From NCBI GenBank assembly GCA_038217285.1, contig JBBQPO010000041.1, positions 1-29,269 of the forward strand: a stretch of 29,269 nucleotides of DNA. Direction: 5' to 3'. A program made the translations under genes and the position numbers. Source of the stretch: Chthonomonadales bacterium. GTDB taxonomy: Bacteria; Armatimonadota; Chthonomonadetes; Chthonomonadales; Chthonomonadaceae. This document shows positions 7,718-16,206 of the stretch, one piece after another; the first letter of the stretch is position 1, and each line of letters begins with the position of its first letter. The notes below the pieces were generated by a model, which made no database searches, was not told the origin of the DNA, and saw only the letters and a list, made by a program, of their open reading frames with translations.

Positions 7718-10700
7718 TTAGTTTACGTACAGAAACTCATTGGACGCCAGAATGATCTGGCATAGGCTGTCCCACGCCCGCTCTCTGCGCTTCTTGGTGT
7801 CCGGTTCCGAGGCCGTCAGGCTGTCGGCGTACTTCGCGAGGAAGTTCTGACACTTCTGCACCTCTTCCGCAGTCGCCGGACGGCTATACGCGCGCATATA
7901 CGCCGTTTTCACCCGGTCGGCGTCGGTGAGCGTCTGCTGGTTCAGCAGCAGCGCCGCGAACGTTTTCGCCTGCTCCAGGACGAACGGACTGTTCATCACG
8001 TAGAGCGCCTGTGGGGCGACGGTGGTGGTGGCGCGGTGCGGGTTGACCATCGTCGGGTCGCCGAAATCGAACGCCTGGAACATATCGTACAGGGCGTTGC
8101 GGATGATCGGCAGATAGATGCCGCGTCGGTGCGCGTTGTACTGCGCCGCGTTGCCGGACTGGTCGTTGGTCACATAGTCGTGATTGGCGGTCGTGAGCAG
8201 ACTGCCGCCCATCGTCAGGTCGAGATTACCGGCCACGGCCAGCAGGGAGTCTCGGAACGGCTCCGCATCCAGACGTCGGCGCGGCATGCGCCATAGCAGC
8301 GTGTCTTCCGTATCGATCTTATCGGCCATTGCGGTCGTCTTTGGGTCGGCGACCGTGCTCATCTTGTACGTATTGGAGAGCAGGATCAGCCGGTGCAGCT
8401 TCTTCACGCTCCAGCCCTGTTCGGTGAAGGTGCGCGCCATCCAGTCCAGCAGTTCGGGGTGCGTCGGCAACGCGCCCAGCAGACCGAAGTTCTCCGACGT
8501 CTTGACGATCCCGGTGCCGAAATGGCCCTGCCAGATCCGGTTGACTTCGACACGCGAGGTGAGCGGGTTGGCCGGGTTGGTCAGCCACTTCGCGAGTTCC
8601 AGGCGGCCGCTCTGCCCGTCTTTGGCTACGATCTTGTCGCCGTCCAGCACGGAGAGGAAATGGCGTGGGACGGCGTCGCCGAGGTTCTGCGTATCGCCCC
8701 GGACATGGACGCGGCAGTTCTCGATCTTGCCCTCTTCAACGGCCATGACCATCGGCGGCTTCGTCTCGCTGTCCTTAAGGGCCTTGAACGATTTTTCGGC
8801 GGAGGCTACCTGCTTCTTCAGGTTGTCCGGGTAGAACCCATCCGGCTTTTCTGGCAAGGTGACACGTGCCGTGAACTTGCTCACGGCCGCTTGCAGATCG
8901 GTAGCCGTAAATTTCGACGGATCGGACTTGACGTCGCCCAGGAAACGCATGCTGTGACGAACCAGCGCCACATTGACGCCATACTGTTTCGCGATCTCGT
9001 CCCCGGTACGAATCGGCAGCCCGCCCACACGCGGTTTGGCCGGTACGATCAGGATTTTGCTGAAGTGCGGGATGACATTCGCGCTCGCGATCTTGAAGAC
9101 GTTCTTACCCTGCTTGAACGCATAGATCCCCTCGACTTCCCACTTCTGGCCGTCCGGGAAAAAGCTGCCTGTATTTGCGCCCGCCGCGTCCTCTTTCAGG
9201 ATCTTGCCGTTTAGGAGCAGGTGTACCGGTCGGTTCTGGGCGGAGGCGTAACGCAGTTCCACCTGATAGTCTCCTGCGGTCGGAATATTGACATCGTACT
9301 CCGCCGTGTCCGGCAGGCCGACATTGAGGATAACGCCGATGCCCTTGCCAAAATTGTCCGTGTCGCGGAACACATTGCCGCGATTGAACTTCGTGGCGGG
9401 AATCTCGATTCGCGCCGGATCGCCCGGTTTCACAGGCGTCTCTGCGACGGAGACCGGTTCGGCCTGCTGCGAGAGTTCCCAGGCGGCCTGGAGATATTTG
9501 CCGCTGTCTTTGCGGAATTCGGTCAACAGGGTATCGTTGGCTTTGCCTCGAACAGCGTTAAAAGCCGTCTCCGCCTCTTTGATCTTGCGCGCATGCTCTG
9601 CCATCTCCGTCTCGCTCTGCTGCGTGACGAGCGGACGCTCCTGCCACATCGCGACCGTGTTCAGGGTCGCCATCGACTTGGTGCTTTTGAAGATGCCCGC
9701 GAGCGCATAGTAGTCCTTGGTCGGGATAGGATCGAACTTGTGGTTGTGGCACCGGGCGCAGGCGACCGTCAGGCCCATGAACGCCTTACTGGTGACCTCG
9801 ATCTGTTCGTCCACGATGTCCATGACCAGCTTCTCTTTATCCGGCTCCGCGAGAACTTTCGCGCCCAGAGAGAGAAATCCCGTCGCGGTAAGGCGCTCGT
9901 TCTGCGTTGCCGGATCGGCAGGCGGCAGCAGATCGCCCGCCAACTGCTCCGTCAGAAAAACATTGTAGGGAAGGTCCCTGTTGGTGGCATCGACCACATA
10001 GTCGCGATAACGGAAGGCGTTGGCAAAGGCGACATTCTCATCCAGGCCGTTCGAGTCGGCATAGCGAACGTTGTCGAGCCAGTGACGTCCCCAGCGTTCG
10101 CCATAGTGCGGATTGGCGAGGAGGCTATCGACGACCTTCGCCCACGCGTCGGGAGCTTTGTCGGCGACGAAAGCCTCGACCTGTTCCGGCGTCGGCGGCA
10201 GGCCGATCATATCGAAGTACGCGCGGCGAATGAGGGTGCGGCGGTCGGTGGCAGGGGCGGGCTTAAGGCCCTTCTCCTCCAGCTTCGCCAGGATGAAGCG
10301 ATCAATAGGCGACAGGCACCAGGCAGCGTTCTTCACCTTCGGCGGGTCGCGCTTCACGATCGGGCGGAACGACCAGAAGTTTTTCTGTGCGGGCGTCAGG
10401 ATCAGGTCGGGAGCCTGACCGGGATTGGTGAGGCCGCCTGTGCCTTTTGTCGCAGGCCAGGGCGCGCCCATCTTGATCCAGGCCGACAATGCGGCGATCT
10501 CTTCCGGACGCAGTTTGCCGGTCGGAGGCATCTTGATCGCGCCGTCGTAGTGCACCACTTTGAGCAGAGCGCTCTTCTCGGGATCACCAGCGACCAGCGC
10601 GGGACCGTGCGCGTTGCCTTTGAGGATGGATTCGAGTGAGTCGAGTTTTAGACCACCCCGCGACTCCGACCCGGCATGGCAGGCGTAGCAGTTGTTCGCC

Positions 10701-10867
10701 AGGAGCGGTCGGATTTTGCTCTCAAAGAACGTGGCCTGCTCGGGCGTGACCGCTTTCGGTTCGTCCGCAGCCCTCCCGGCGGAGCCACATAAAACGAGCA
10801 GTATCCCGCTCGCGATGGCCCCGGCGACAGCTCCGCTGCGCAAAATTCTCGTGGTCTGATGTCCCAA
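7718..10867 (-). CDS. PSCyt1 / DUF1549 (PSCyt2) / DUF1553 (PSD1) planctomycete cytochrome c protein with an inserted CBM6/35-like beta-sandwich
   Basis: Signal peptide; FFESKIRPLLANNCYACH (CxxCH); HYGERWGRHWLD; ACARCHNHKFDPI (second CxxCH); SGRLELAKWL; PTHPELLDW; RRLDAEPFRD; QALYVMN; SNEFLYVN. The central AEYDVNIPTAGDYQVELRYAS...LNGK...GKNVFKI segment resembles CBM6/35. TTG start is uncertain. Confidence 0.92.
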   Translation of the reverse strand: MGHQTTRILRSGAVAGAIASGILLVLCGSAGRAADEPKAVTPEQATFFESKIRPLLANNCYACHAGSESRGGLKLDSLESILKGNAHGPALVAGDPEKSALLKVVHYDGAIKMPPTGKLRPEEIAALSAWIKMGAPWPATKGTGGLTNPGQAPDLILTPAQKNFWSFRPIVKRDPPKVKNAAWCLSPIDRFILAKLEEKGLKPAPATDRRTLIRRAYFDMIGLPPTPEQVEAFVADKAPDAWAKVVDSLLANPHYGERWGRHWLDNVRYADSNGLDENVAFANAFRYRDYVVDATNRDLPYNVFLTEQLAGDLLPPADPATQNERLTATGFLSLGAKVLAEPDKEKLVMDIVDEQIEVTSKAFMGLTVACARCHNHKFDPIPTKDYYALAGIFKSTKSMATLNTVAMWQERPLVTQQSETEMAEHARKIKEAETAFNAVRGKANDTLLTEFRKDSGKYLQAAWELSQQAEPVSVAETPVKPGDPARIEIPATKFNRGNVFRDTDNFGKGIGVILNVGLPDTAEYDVNIPTAGDYQVELRYASAQNRPVHLLLNGKILKEDAAGANTGSFFPDGQKWEVEGIYAFKQGKNVFKIASANVIPHFSKILIVPAKPRVGGLPIRTGDEIAKQYGVNVALVRHSMRFLGDVKSDPSKFTATDLQAAVSKFTARVTLPEKPDGFYPDNLKKQVASAEKSFKALKDSETKPPMVMAVEEGKIENCRVHVRGDTQNLGDAVPRHFLSVLDGDKIVAKDGQSGRLELAKWLTNPANPLTSRVEVNRIWQGHFGTGIVKTSENFGLLGALPTHPELLDWMARTFTEQGWSVKKLHRLILLSNTYKMSTVADPKTTAMADKIDTEDTLLWRMPRRRLDAEPFRDSLLAVAGNLDLTMGGSLLTTANHDYVTNDQSGNAAQYNAHRRGIYLPIIRNALYDMFQAFDFGDPTMVNPHRATTTVAPQALYVMNSPFVLEQAKTFAALLLNQQTLTDADRVKTAYMRAYSRPATAEEVQKCQNFLAKYADSLTASEPDTKKRRERAWDSLCQIILASNEFLYVN

Positions 10868-10895
10868 TAGTTCTTTCCCTCAATCGTTACAAGGT

Positions 10896-10930
10896 GATGG
10901 CGTTGACATATTAGGTATGACAACGCCATC
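10896..10930. promoter_or_regulatory. Long intergenic inverted repeat (terminator/stabilising hairpin or operator)
   Basis: GATGGCGTTGACATA-TTAGG-TATGACAACGCCATC: 15-bp arms with one mismatch, between the binding-protein stop and the PSD1 start. Confidence 0.55.
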
Positions 10931-10973
10931 CTCGAGTTGTTGCGTCAGAATCGTCCGTATCGTCGTGACGCCG

Positions 10974-11999
10974 CTACTTCGGCGGCAGCAGCTTCATGAT
11001 ATCGGGGTCGGTCATGTTCTGCTTCGTGACGACCTTGAGACCGCTATCCAGCGTCTTCTCGGTAATCGGTTCCTTCTTGATCGCCTTCTCGACGGTCTTC
11101 ACCCCTTTATACCCCATCTGATACGGGTCTTGCACCATCAGGGCCAGGATCGTACCGTCTTCCAGAGCCGCCACTTCCTCTTTCGAAGAGTCGAAGGCGA
11201 CCAGGGTCACCTTGCCGTTCAGCTTGCGCTGTTTGAGAGCGTTCGCCGCGCCGACGCCGTTGGGCTCGCTGGTGGAGAAGATCCCAACGAGGTCGGGATG
11301 CGCCGTCAGAATGTTGGTGGTCTGATCGACGGCGGTATCGACTTTGTTCGCCGTGTACTGCGTGGCGACCAGATGGATATTGGGATACTTCTTGATGCCT
11401 TCCTTAAAGCCCTGATCGCGCTGATCCGATGAGGCCGCGCCTTTGACCATGCTCAGCAGGGCGACATTGCCTTTTTCGCCGATCGCCTTTGCCAGCGTGT
11501 CGGCCGCAACTTGCCCGCCCTTGACATTGTCCGTCGCGATGTAGCAGACGGGCGCGGTCGTGTCGTTGATGCCGCTGTCTATCATTACGACTGGGATGCC
11601 CTTCTTGACCGCTTCCTGCACCGACTTCACCAGGGCGTTGGAGTCCGTCGCCGCCAGCACCATGCCGTCTACCTTGTTCGTGATCTGGGTATCGACCAGG
11701 TTGATCTGGTTCTGAATATCGCCTTCCGGCGTCGGGCCATCGAAGAGGATCTCGACATTGTCCTCTTTACCGGCCGCTTCCGCCCCAGCCTGCACCGTCT
11801 TCCAGAACGAGTTCGCAGTGCCCTTGACGATCACGGAGATCTTGAGCTTTTTGCCCGGTTCTGCCTGGGCTCCGGTGGGTTTCGTACCGGTCATTCCATT
11901 GTCGGCCCCTGGCATAGAGTTGTCTTTCGGACAACCGAGTGTGGTCAGGCTCAACGCCGTGACTGCCATAAATCCGCCGTAGCGCATCCATTTATGCAT
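10974..11999 (-). CDS. Sugar ABC transporter substrate-binding lipoprotein (RbsB-like)
   Basis: True start is ATG 11999 (MHKWMRY) with an AAGGAG RBS; lipobox LTTLGC. Motifs NSFWKTVQAGAEAAGKE, GIPVVMIDSG, IATDNVKGG, AFD and QDPYQMGY. The ORF-track extension to 12185 runs through the tandem repeat and is spurious. Confidence 0.93.
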   Translation of the reverse strand: MHKWMRYGGFMAVTALSLTTLGCPKDNSMPGADNGMTGTKPTGAQAEPGKKLKISVIVKGTANSFWKTVQAGAEAAGKEDNVEILFDGPTPEGDIQNQINLVDTQITNKVDGMVLAATDSNALVKSVQEAVKKGIPVVMIDSGINDTTAPVCYIATDNVKGGQVAADTLAKAIGEKGNVALLSMVKGAASSDQRDQGFKEGIKKYPNIHLVATQYTANKVDTAVDQTTNILTAHPDLVGIFSTSEPNGVGAANALKQRKLNGKVTLVAFDSSKEEVAALEDGTILALMVQDPYQMGYKGVKTVEKAIKKEPITEKTLDSGLKVVTKQNMTDPDIMKLLPPK

Positions 12000-12090
12000 T
12001 CTTTTCTCTCCTTTGTAGGCGCCAGGTGGCATTGGTAGTCCAGTTTGGTTCTGATGTTGCCTCGTCCGAAGGACGATCCGGCGGAGCCGC

Positions 12091-12218
12091 GTAGCGAGGG
12101 GTAACACCCCTTGAAAGTAGCGAGGGGTAACACCCCTTGAAAGTAGCGAGGGGTAACACCCCTTGAAAGTAGCGAGGGGTAACACCCCTTGAAAGTAGCG
12201 AGGGGTAACACCTCTTGA
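12091..12218 (+). repeat. Tandem array of a 26-bp GTAG-hairpin (REP-like) unit: four perfect copies and one partial variant copy
   Basis: Unit GTAGCGAGGGGTAACACCCCTTGAAA at 12091, 12117, 12143 and 12169. Fifth copy at 12195-12218 has one C>T change. Each unit is GTAG followed by the hairpin CGAGGGGT-AAC-ACCCCTTG. Confidence 0.95.
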
Positions 12219-12222
12219 TGAT

Positions 12223-13884
12223 TCATTTTCCGATGCAGACGACCTCTTTGAGGCTGCGGTTGTAGAGTCGGCCGTCGCTGTAGCTGAGGGAGTTCAGGCT
12301 CCAGGTCTCGCCGGACGGACCGAGATCGCTGACGCCTAGCAGCGCCCGCTCGTCGAGCACTCTCGCTCTGCCGTCGATGACGTAGGTGATGCCGAGCATC
12401 GTGCTCATGTAGATCTTGCCGTTGATCGCGATGGGGCTGCCGAAAAAGGCGGGAACCTGCCAGCCGTCCGTGCGAGAGCGGTCTTCCGGCGCGACATCCC
12501 GTCCATTGTTGTCCGTGGTTTTGGTCGTCTGCGCCTCTCCATAGACGTAGCGTTCCGGCTGTCCCGGTTTCCGGATCACAGTGACCGGCACTTCAAGATA
12601 TTCGACCTTGCCCGTCTCCACGTTGACCCGCCCGATACAGTGCGAAGGGCCGCTCAGGCCAGGCGGTGCATGCCCGTTGCGCCGGTGTCCGGTCGAGGTG
12701 AAGAAGTAGTGATAGCCGTAGGCCGCAATGTTGGCGTGCCAGTTCGGAAAGACATGCAGCACTTCGTTCGGCTGGAGCGGCACACGGGGTGAGAGATCCC
12801 GCATATCGCGAATGTTCACGTTCTTATAGACGATATACTTTTGCGCCTTCGGGTCCCACTGCCGATAGTCTACATTGCGAATCAGAGACTGGGCGCGAAG
12901 CAGCGCACCCGTTTTCGCATCGAACACCAGATGCGACTCCTCGGGGGCATGGCGAAACCAGTAGGCGTACTTCTCGTCCCAGGTCATGGTGTAGAGCGCC
13001 TGAAAGGTCGTTCCGTCCACGGGTCCGCCCGGAAGGTCCTGCGGCGTGTAGCGCCACAGTGTCTTGCCCTCGTGCCCCGGCGCGAGGCTGGTCAGGCTCA
13101 GGCCGATAGGTCTCTCCGGCACATCGTGTGGGCCGCCGCGCCCGTGCAGGATCGCCGGTGTGCCGTCCGGCAGTCGCCCAAATACGGAGGTGCAGTAGTA
13201 GGTCGAGGCGTCTTCGGCGGTCCAGAGGGTTTTGCCGCTGGTCTTGTCGATACCCCGCAGATAGTGCCAGTTCTTGCGGTCGGCCCGAAACCCAGGCTCC
13301 TCGGGCGCGAGCGGTTCCATCGAGATAAGGGTATTTCCGAAGAGCATCGGCTCGTGCTGTTTGTTGAACGGCTCGCCGGGCGCGAGAAATTTGCGCCGCC
13401 AGACCACTTTGCCGGTGAAGTCCCAGCAGCCCATCTCGCCCGAGCAGTTGAAGAACCAGACATGTTTGCCGTCCGTGACCGGTGTCCATGAGGTTGAATC
13501 GCTGTAGGCATACATCAGCGGGCTGGCGTTCTCCCCGGTGAGCGTGACCGACCAGAGAATTTTGCCCGTTTTGGCATCCAGGCAGTGCCCCTGAATCGTC
13601 GCGCCATACTTCGGGTCGCCCTCTTTGTACTCTGGGAAGGTCGTGAGAAACAGGCGGTCGCCCCACTTGATGATGCCGCCCTGCCCGCCGTTCGGCATCG
13701 GCGAGCGCCAGACGATATTCTTGTTGAGCGCCACGCTCCAGAACGACGGCGCGTTGCCGGTCGCCAGTCGCCAGGTGCCGTTCGGCCCGGCAGGCTGCGC
13801 CCAGTTCTGGGCCACCGTCGAGCGCACCAACAGCGCCGCCAGCAGCATCGCCAGCCCCGCGCATACGGCAAATTTAGATCGCAC
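12223..13884 (-). CDS. Exported PQQ-binding-like beta-propeller protein
   Basis: Signal peptide; NWAQPAGPNG, NIVWRSPMP...G, HCLDAKTGKILW, TPVTDGKHVW, CWDFTGKVVW, GIDKTSGKTLW, GSPIAINGKIY and GRLYNRSLKEVVCIG. GTG start with GGAG RBS overlaps the permease end. Confidence 0.88.
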   Translation of the reverse strand: MRSKFAVCAGLAMLLAALLVRSTVAQNWAQPAGPNGTWRLATGNAPSFWSVALNKNIVWRSPMPNGGQGGIIKWGDRLFLTTFPEYKEGDPKYGATIQGHCLDAKTGKILWSVTLTGENASPLMYAYSDSTSWTPVTDGKHVWFFNCSGEMGCWDFTGKVVWRRKFLAPGEPFNKQHEPMLFGNTLISMEPLAPEEPGFRADRKNWHYLRGIDKTSGKTLWTAEDASTYYCTSVFGRLPDGTPAILHGRGGPHDVPERPIGLSLTSLAPGHEGKTLWRYTPQDLPGGPVDGTTFQALYTMTWDEKYAYWFRHAPEESHLVFDAKTGALLRAQSLIRNVDYRQWDPKAQKYIVYKNVNIRDMRDLSPRVPLQPNEVLHVFPNWHANIAAYGYHYFFTSTGHRRNGHAPPGLSGPSHCIGRVNVETGKVEYLEVPVTVIRKPGQPERYVYGEAQTTKTTDNNGRDVAPEDRSRTDGWQVPAFFGSPIAINGKIYMSTMLGITYVIDGRARVLDERALLGVSDLGPSGETWSLNSLSYSDGRLYNRSLKEVVCIGK

Positions 13885-14914
13885 GGTTGCTCTCCCTGTT
13901 CTCCAACATGCGCCGGAAGAACGGCTGTCCGTAGCGGTCGTACAGGACGGCCAAAATAACGACGGCTCCGATCACGGCGCGTTCGACTTCGGGCTTGATA
14001 TTCATCAGGGCGCAGCCGTTGCGGATCGTGAACATCAGCAGCGCGCCGATGATGGTTCCGATCACACCGCCCTGCCCCCCGAACAGCGACGTGCCGCCGA
14101 TGACCGTGGCCGCAACCGCGTAGAGTTCATACCCTGTGCCGGCGTCGTGCGCCGCCACACTGGAACGCGCGATATTGACGAGGGCCGCGACACCCGCTAG
14201 AAGGCCGGAAAATGCGAACACGGCGGTAATGGTTTTCGGCAGGCGCACCCCCGACAGGCGCGCCGCTTCGGCGTTCCCGCCGATGGCAAAGAGAGAGCGA
14301 CCCCAACGCGTTCGGACCAACAGAATGTGGGAGACGACCGCCACCAGGATCATGACCAGAATGATATAGGGAATGCCGTCGCGGGTTTCGGTACCGAACA
14401 GTTCCGATGAGCCGAAATCGGTAAAGGATTTGGGCAGGCCACCGATGTTTTGCGATTTGGAGATGATGCCGCCTAGCCCATAGTAGATCCCCATCGAGCC
14501 GAGCGTGACGATAAACGAGGGGATCTTCCCCACGGAGGTGATGAAACCGTTGACCGCGCCTGCCGCGATACCAACCAGACAGGCGATCAGGGCCGCGCCG
14601 GGAATACCCACGCCGTGATTGGCCATGGCGTCCGCCGCGCAGATGCCGGAAAGAGCCATCATCGCGCCGACAGAGAGATCGATGTTTCCGGAGATGATCA
14701 CAGCGGTCTGCCCGCAGGCGAGGATGGCGATAGCCGCCGCCTGCACCAGGATCTGTTTTAGATTGTCTCGGTCGTGGAAATGCGGTGTCAGGAAGGAGAG
14801 AACGATCCCCAGGCCAAAGAGAAAGCAGAGTGGTGCAATCAAGTTGATGAGCGGAGCGATCTGGAAGGTTCGGTTCGGACGCGAGGTCAGGGATGTTTCG
14901 GGGTTGACCGACAC
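13874..14914 (-). CDS. Sugar ABC transporter permease (RbsC-like)
   Basis: GQTAVIISGNIDLSVG, IPSFIVTLG, TRWGRSLFAIGGNAEAARLSGV, GTGYELYAVAATVIGGTSLFGG. Start placed at GTG 14914 (GAAAGG RBS, downstream of the sigma70 promoter). Confidence 0.93.
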   Translation of the reverse strand: MSVNPETSLTSRPNRTFQIAPLINLIAPLCFLFGLGIVLSFLTPHFHDRDNLKQILVQAAAIAILACGQTAVIISGNIDLSVGAMMALSGICAADAMANHGVGIPGAALIACLVGIAAGAVNGFITSVGKIPSFIVTLGSMGIYYGLGGIISKSQNIGGLPKSFTDFGSSELFGTETRDGIPYIILVMILVAVVSHILLVRTRWGRSLFAIGGNAEAARLSGVRLPKTITAVFAFSGLLAGVAALVNIARSSVAAHDAGTGYELYAVAATVIGGTSLFGGQGGVIGTIIGALLMFTIRNGCALMNIKPEVERAVIGAVVILAVLYDRYGQPFFRRMLENRESNRAI

Positions 14915-14945
14915 GATGGGACACCTTTCGTCGTTCGTTTCCGAT

Positions 14946-14974
14946 ATGATAACAGAGACGCCCCAGCTTGTCAA
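14946..14974 (-). promoter_or_regulatory. Sigma70-type promoter for the permease-propeller-binding-protein operon
   Basis: Minus strand reads TTGACA-N17-TATCAT with TG at the extended -10 position. Confidence 0.75.
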
Positions 14975-15009
14975 TTCATGCCTGGGATTCTCCCCTGATT
15001 CACCCACGT

Positions 15010-15954
15010 TCAGACACGGTACGCGGCGAAACCGGCCTCTACGCTCTCCAGCAACTGCGCGTGCAGAGTAGTGTTGGAAGCGGCAAGAAGGGAGCCAAAA
15101 TTCGCTTCGGTCGTGTCCAGCAGATTCCAGTCGTCGAGGGAACGGCCCCAGGCGTCGGTGATAACACAGCCCGCCTCCTGCGCTATCAGCCCCGCAGCCG
15201 CGATGTCGTACCCATAGAGGCAGAGCAGTCTGCCACCGCCATAGGTGACGAACTCATCGCGCAGCGTGGGATAGTCACACAGCAGTCGGTTGCGCACGTC
15301 GATGATGCCCGCCATCTGCCCTGTGACGAGACGGGTGAGCTCGAACGCGCTGCTGTTCAGAATGAAGAGGCCGCCGCGCACCGTAGTACGACTGGTGAGG
15401 TCGTTCAACGCCGTGAAGATGCGCTGCATAGGCGCGCCGACGACTTCGATAGAGCAGGCCATCGTCCCAAGGTCGGTCGTCGGCAACGGCGAAGGTTGTC
15501 GCAAGTTGCCGGCCCCGTCCACGATCTCCACGCCCCCACCCCGCACCGCCGAGAGCGTCAGGTCGCCCTTGATCTCCGTGATGGCGCCATAAAGCACATC
15601 CCCCATCGTCGGCGCGGCGCTGTAAGCCGTCCACGCTACCGAGACGACACACGATTCCAACCCCGCAATCGCCCCACGCGTGCCATCGATCGGATCGATG
15701 ATGAGGATCCCCTCCGGATTCCTACCCGGAAACGGATGCACCAGGCCCCGATCTTCCGAGTAGTAGGCGACATTCAGATCATTGTCGTGAATGTACGCCT
15801 CGACCGCCGCCTCGGCAATGTCGTCGATGTCGAAGGTCGCATCTCCACTGGCAGCGATCCCCGTCACTTTGCGCGCCCGCCACGTTCCCAGGTGCGGCAC
15901 GACGGCGGCCTTCACATGCGCGGCCAGGGCGCGGATAGTCAGTTGCGGTGTCAC
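15010..15954 (-). CDS. Inositol monophosphatase / FBPase (FIG superfamily) protein
   Basis: ID...E, YSED, IIDPIDGT and YDIAAAGLIAQEAGCVITD. GTG start preceded by GGAGGGA. Confidence 0.88.
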   Translation of the reverse strand: MTPQLTIRALAAHVKAAVVPHLGTWRARKVTGIAASGDATFDIDDIAEAAVEAYIHDNDLNVAYYSEDRGLVHPFPGRNPEGILIIDPIDGTRGAIAGLESCVVSVAWTAYSAAPTMGDVLYGAITEIKGDLTLSAVRGGGVEIVDGAGNLRQPSPLPTTDLGTMACSIEVVGAPMQRIFTALNDLTSRTTVRGGLFILNSSAFELTRLVTGQMAGIIDVRNRLLCDYPTLRDEFVTYGGGRLLCLYGYDIAAAGLIAQEAGCVITDAWGRSLDDWNLLDTTEANFGSLLAASNTTLHAQLLESVEAGFAAYRV

Positions 15955-16053
15955 GTTGCGGTCTTCCCTCCCTCAGGGCGGTCAATTCACAGCTCTGTTT
16001 AGGATACCCGAAACCCTCTCAGGTTCTGTCTCGTTCGCGTAGGGAGTCGAGCA

Positions 16054-16082
16054 TTGACTCTATGCGGAAGGACGGTTATAAT
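16054..16082 (+). promoter_or_regulatory. Sigma70-type promoter for trxB
   Basis: TTGACT (16054-16059), N17, TATAAT (16077-16082). Confidence 0.8.
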
Positions 16083-16206
16083 CAGAGGCATGCAATAGCC
16101 TGTTCTCGCTGGCACTCTGCCCACCTGTGGAGCGTAGGAAAAGAGGCGAAAGACTATTTTGTAACAGCGATGTTATGCCCTAGGGGAGGAGCAAGCGTTT
16201 TTCATT

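Noticed and set aside
12091-12218. CRISPR array interpretation of the 26-bp repeats (GT start, hairpin, TTGAAAG at junctions)
   Set aside because: The units abut directly with no spacers, and there is no leader or cas gene. GTAG + hairpin fits a REP-like tandem repeat better.
12000-12226. N-terminal extension of the binding protein and the 91-aa repetitive ORF 11951-12226
   Set aside because: These are translations of the tandem repeat. A strong RBS and lipoprotein signal define the start at 11999.
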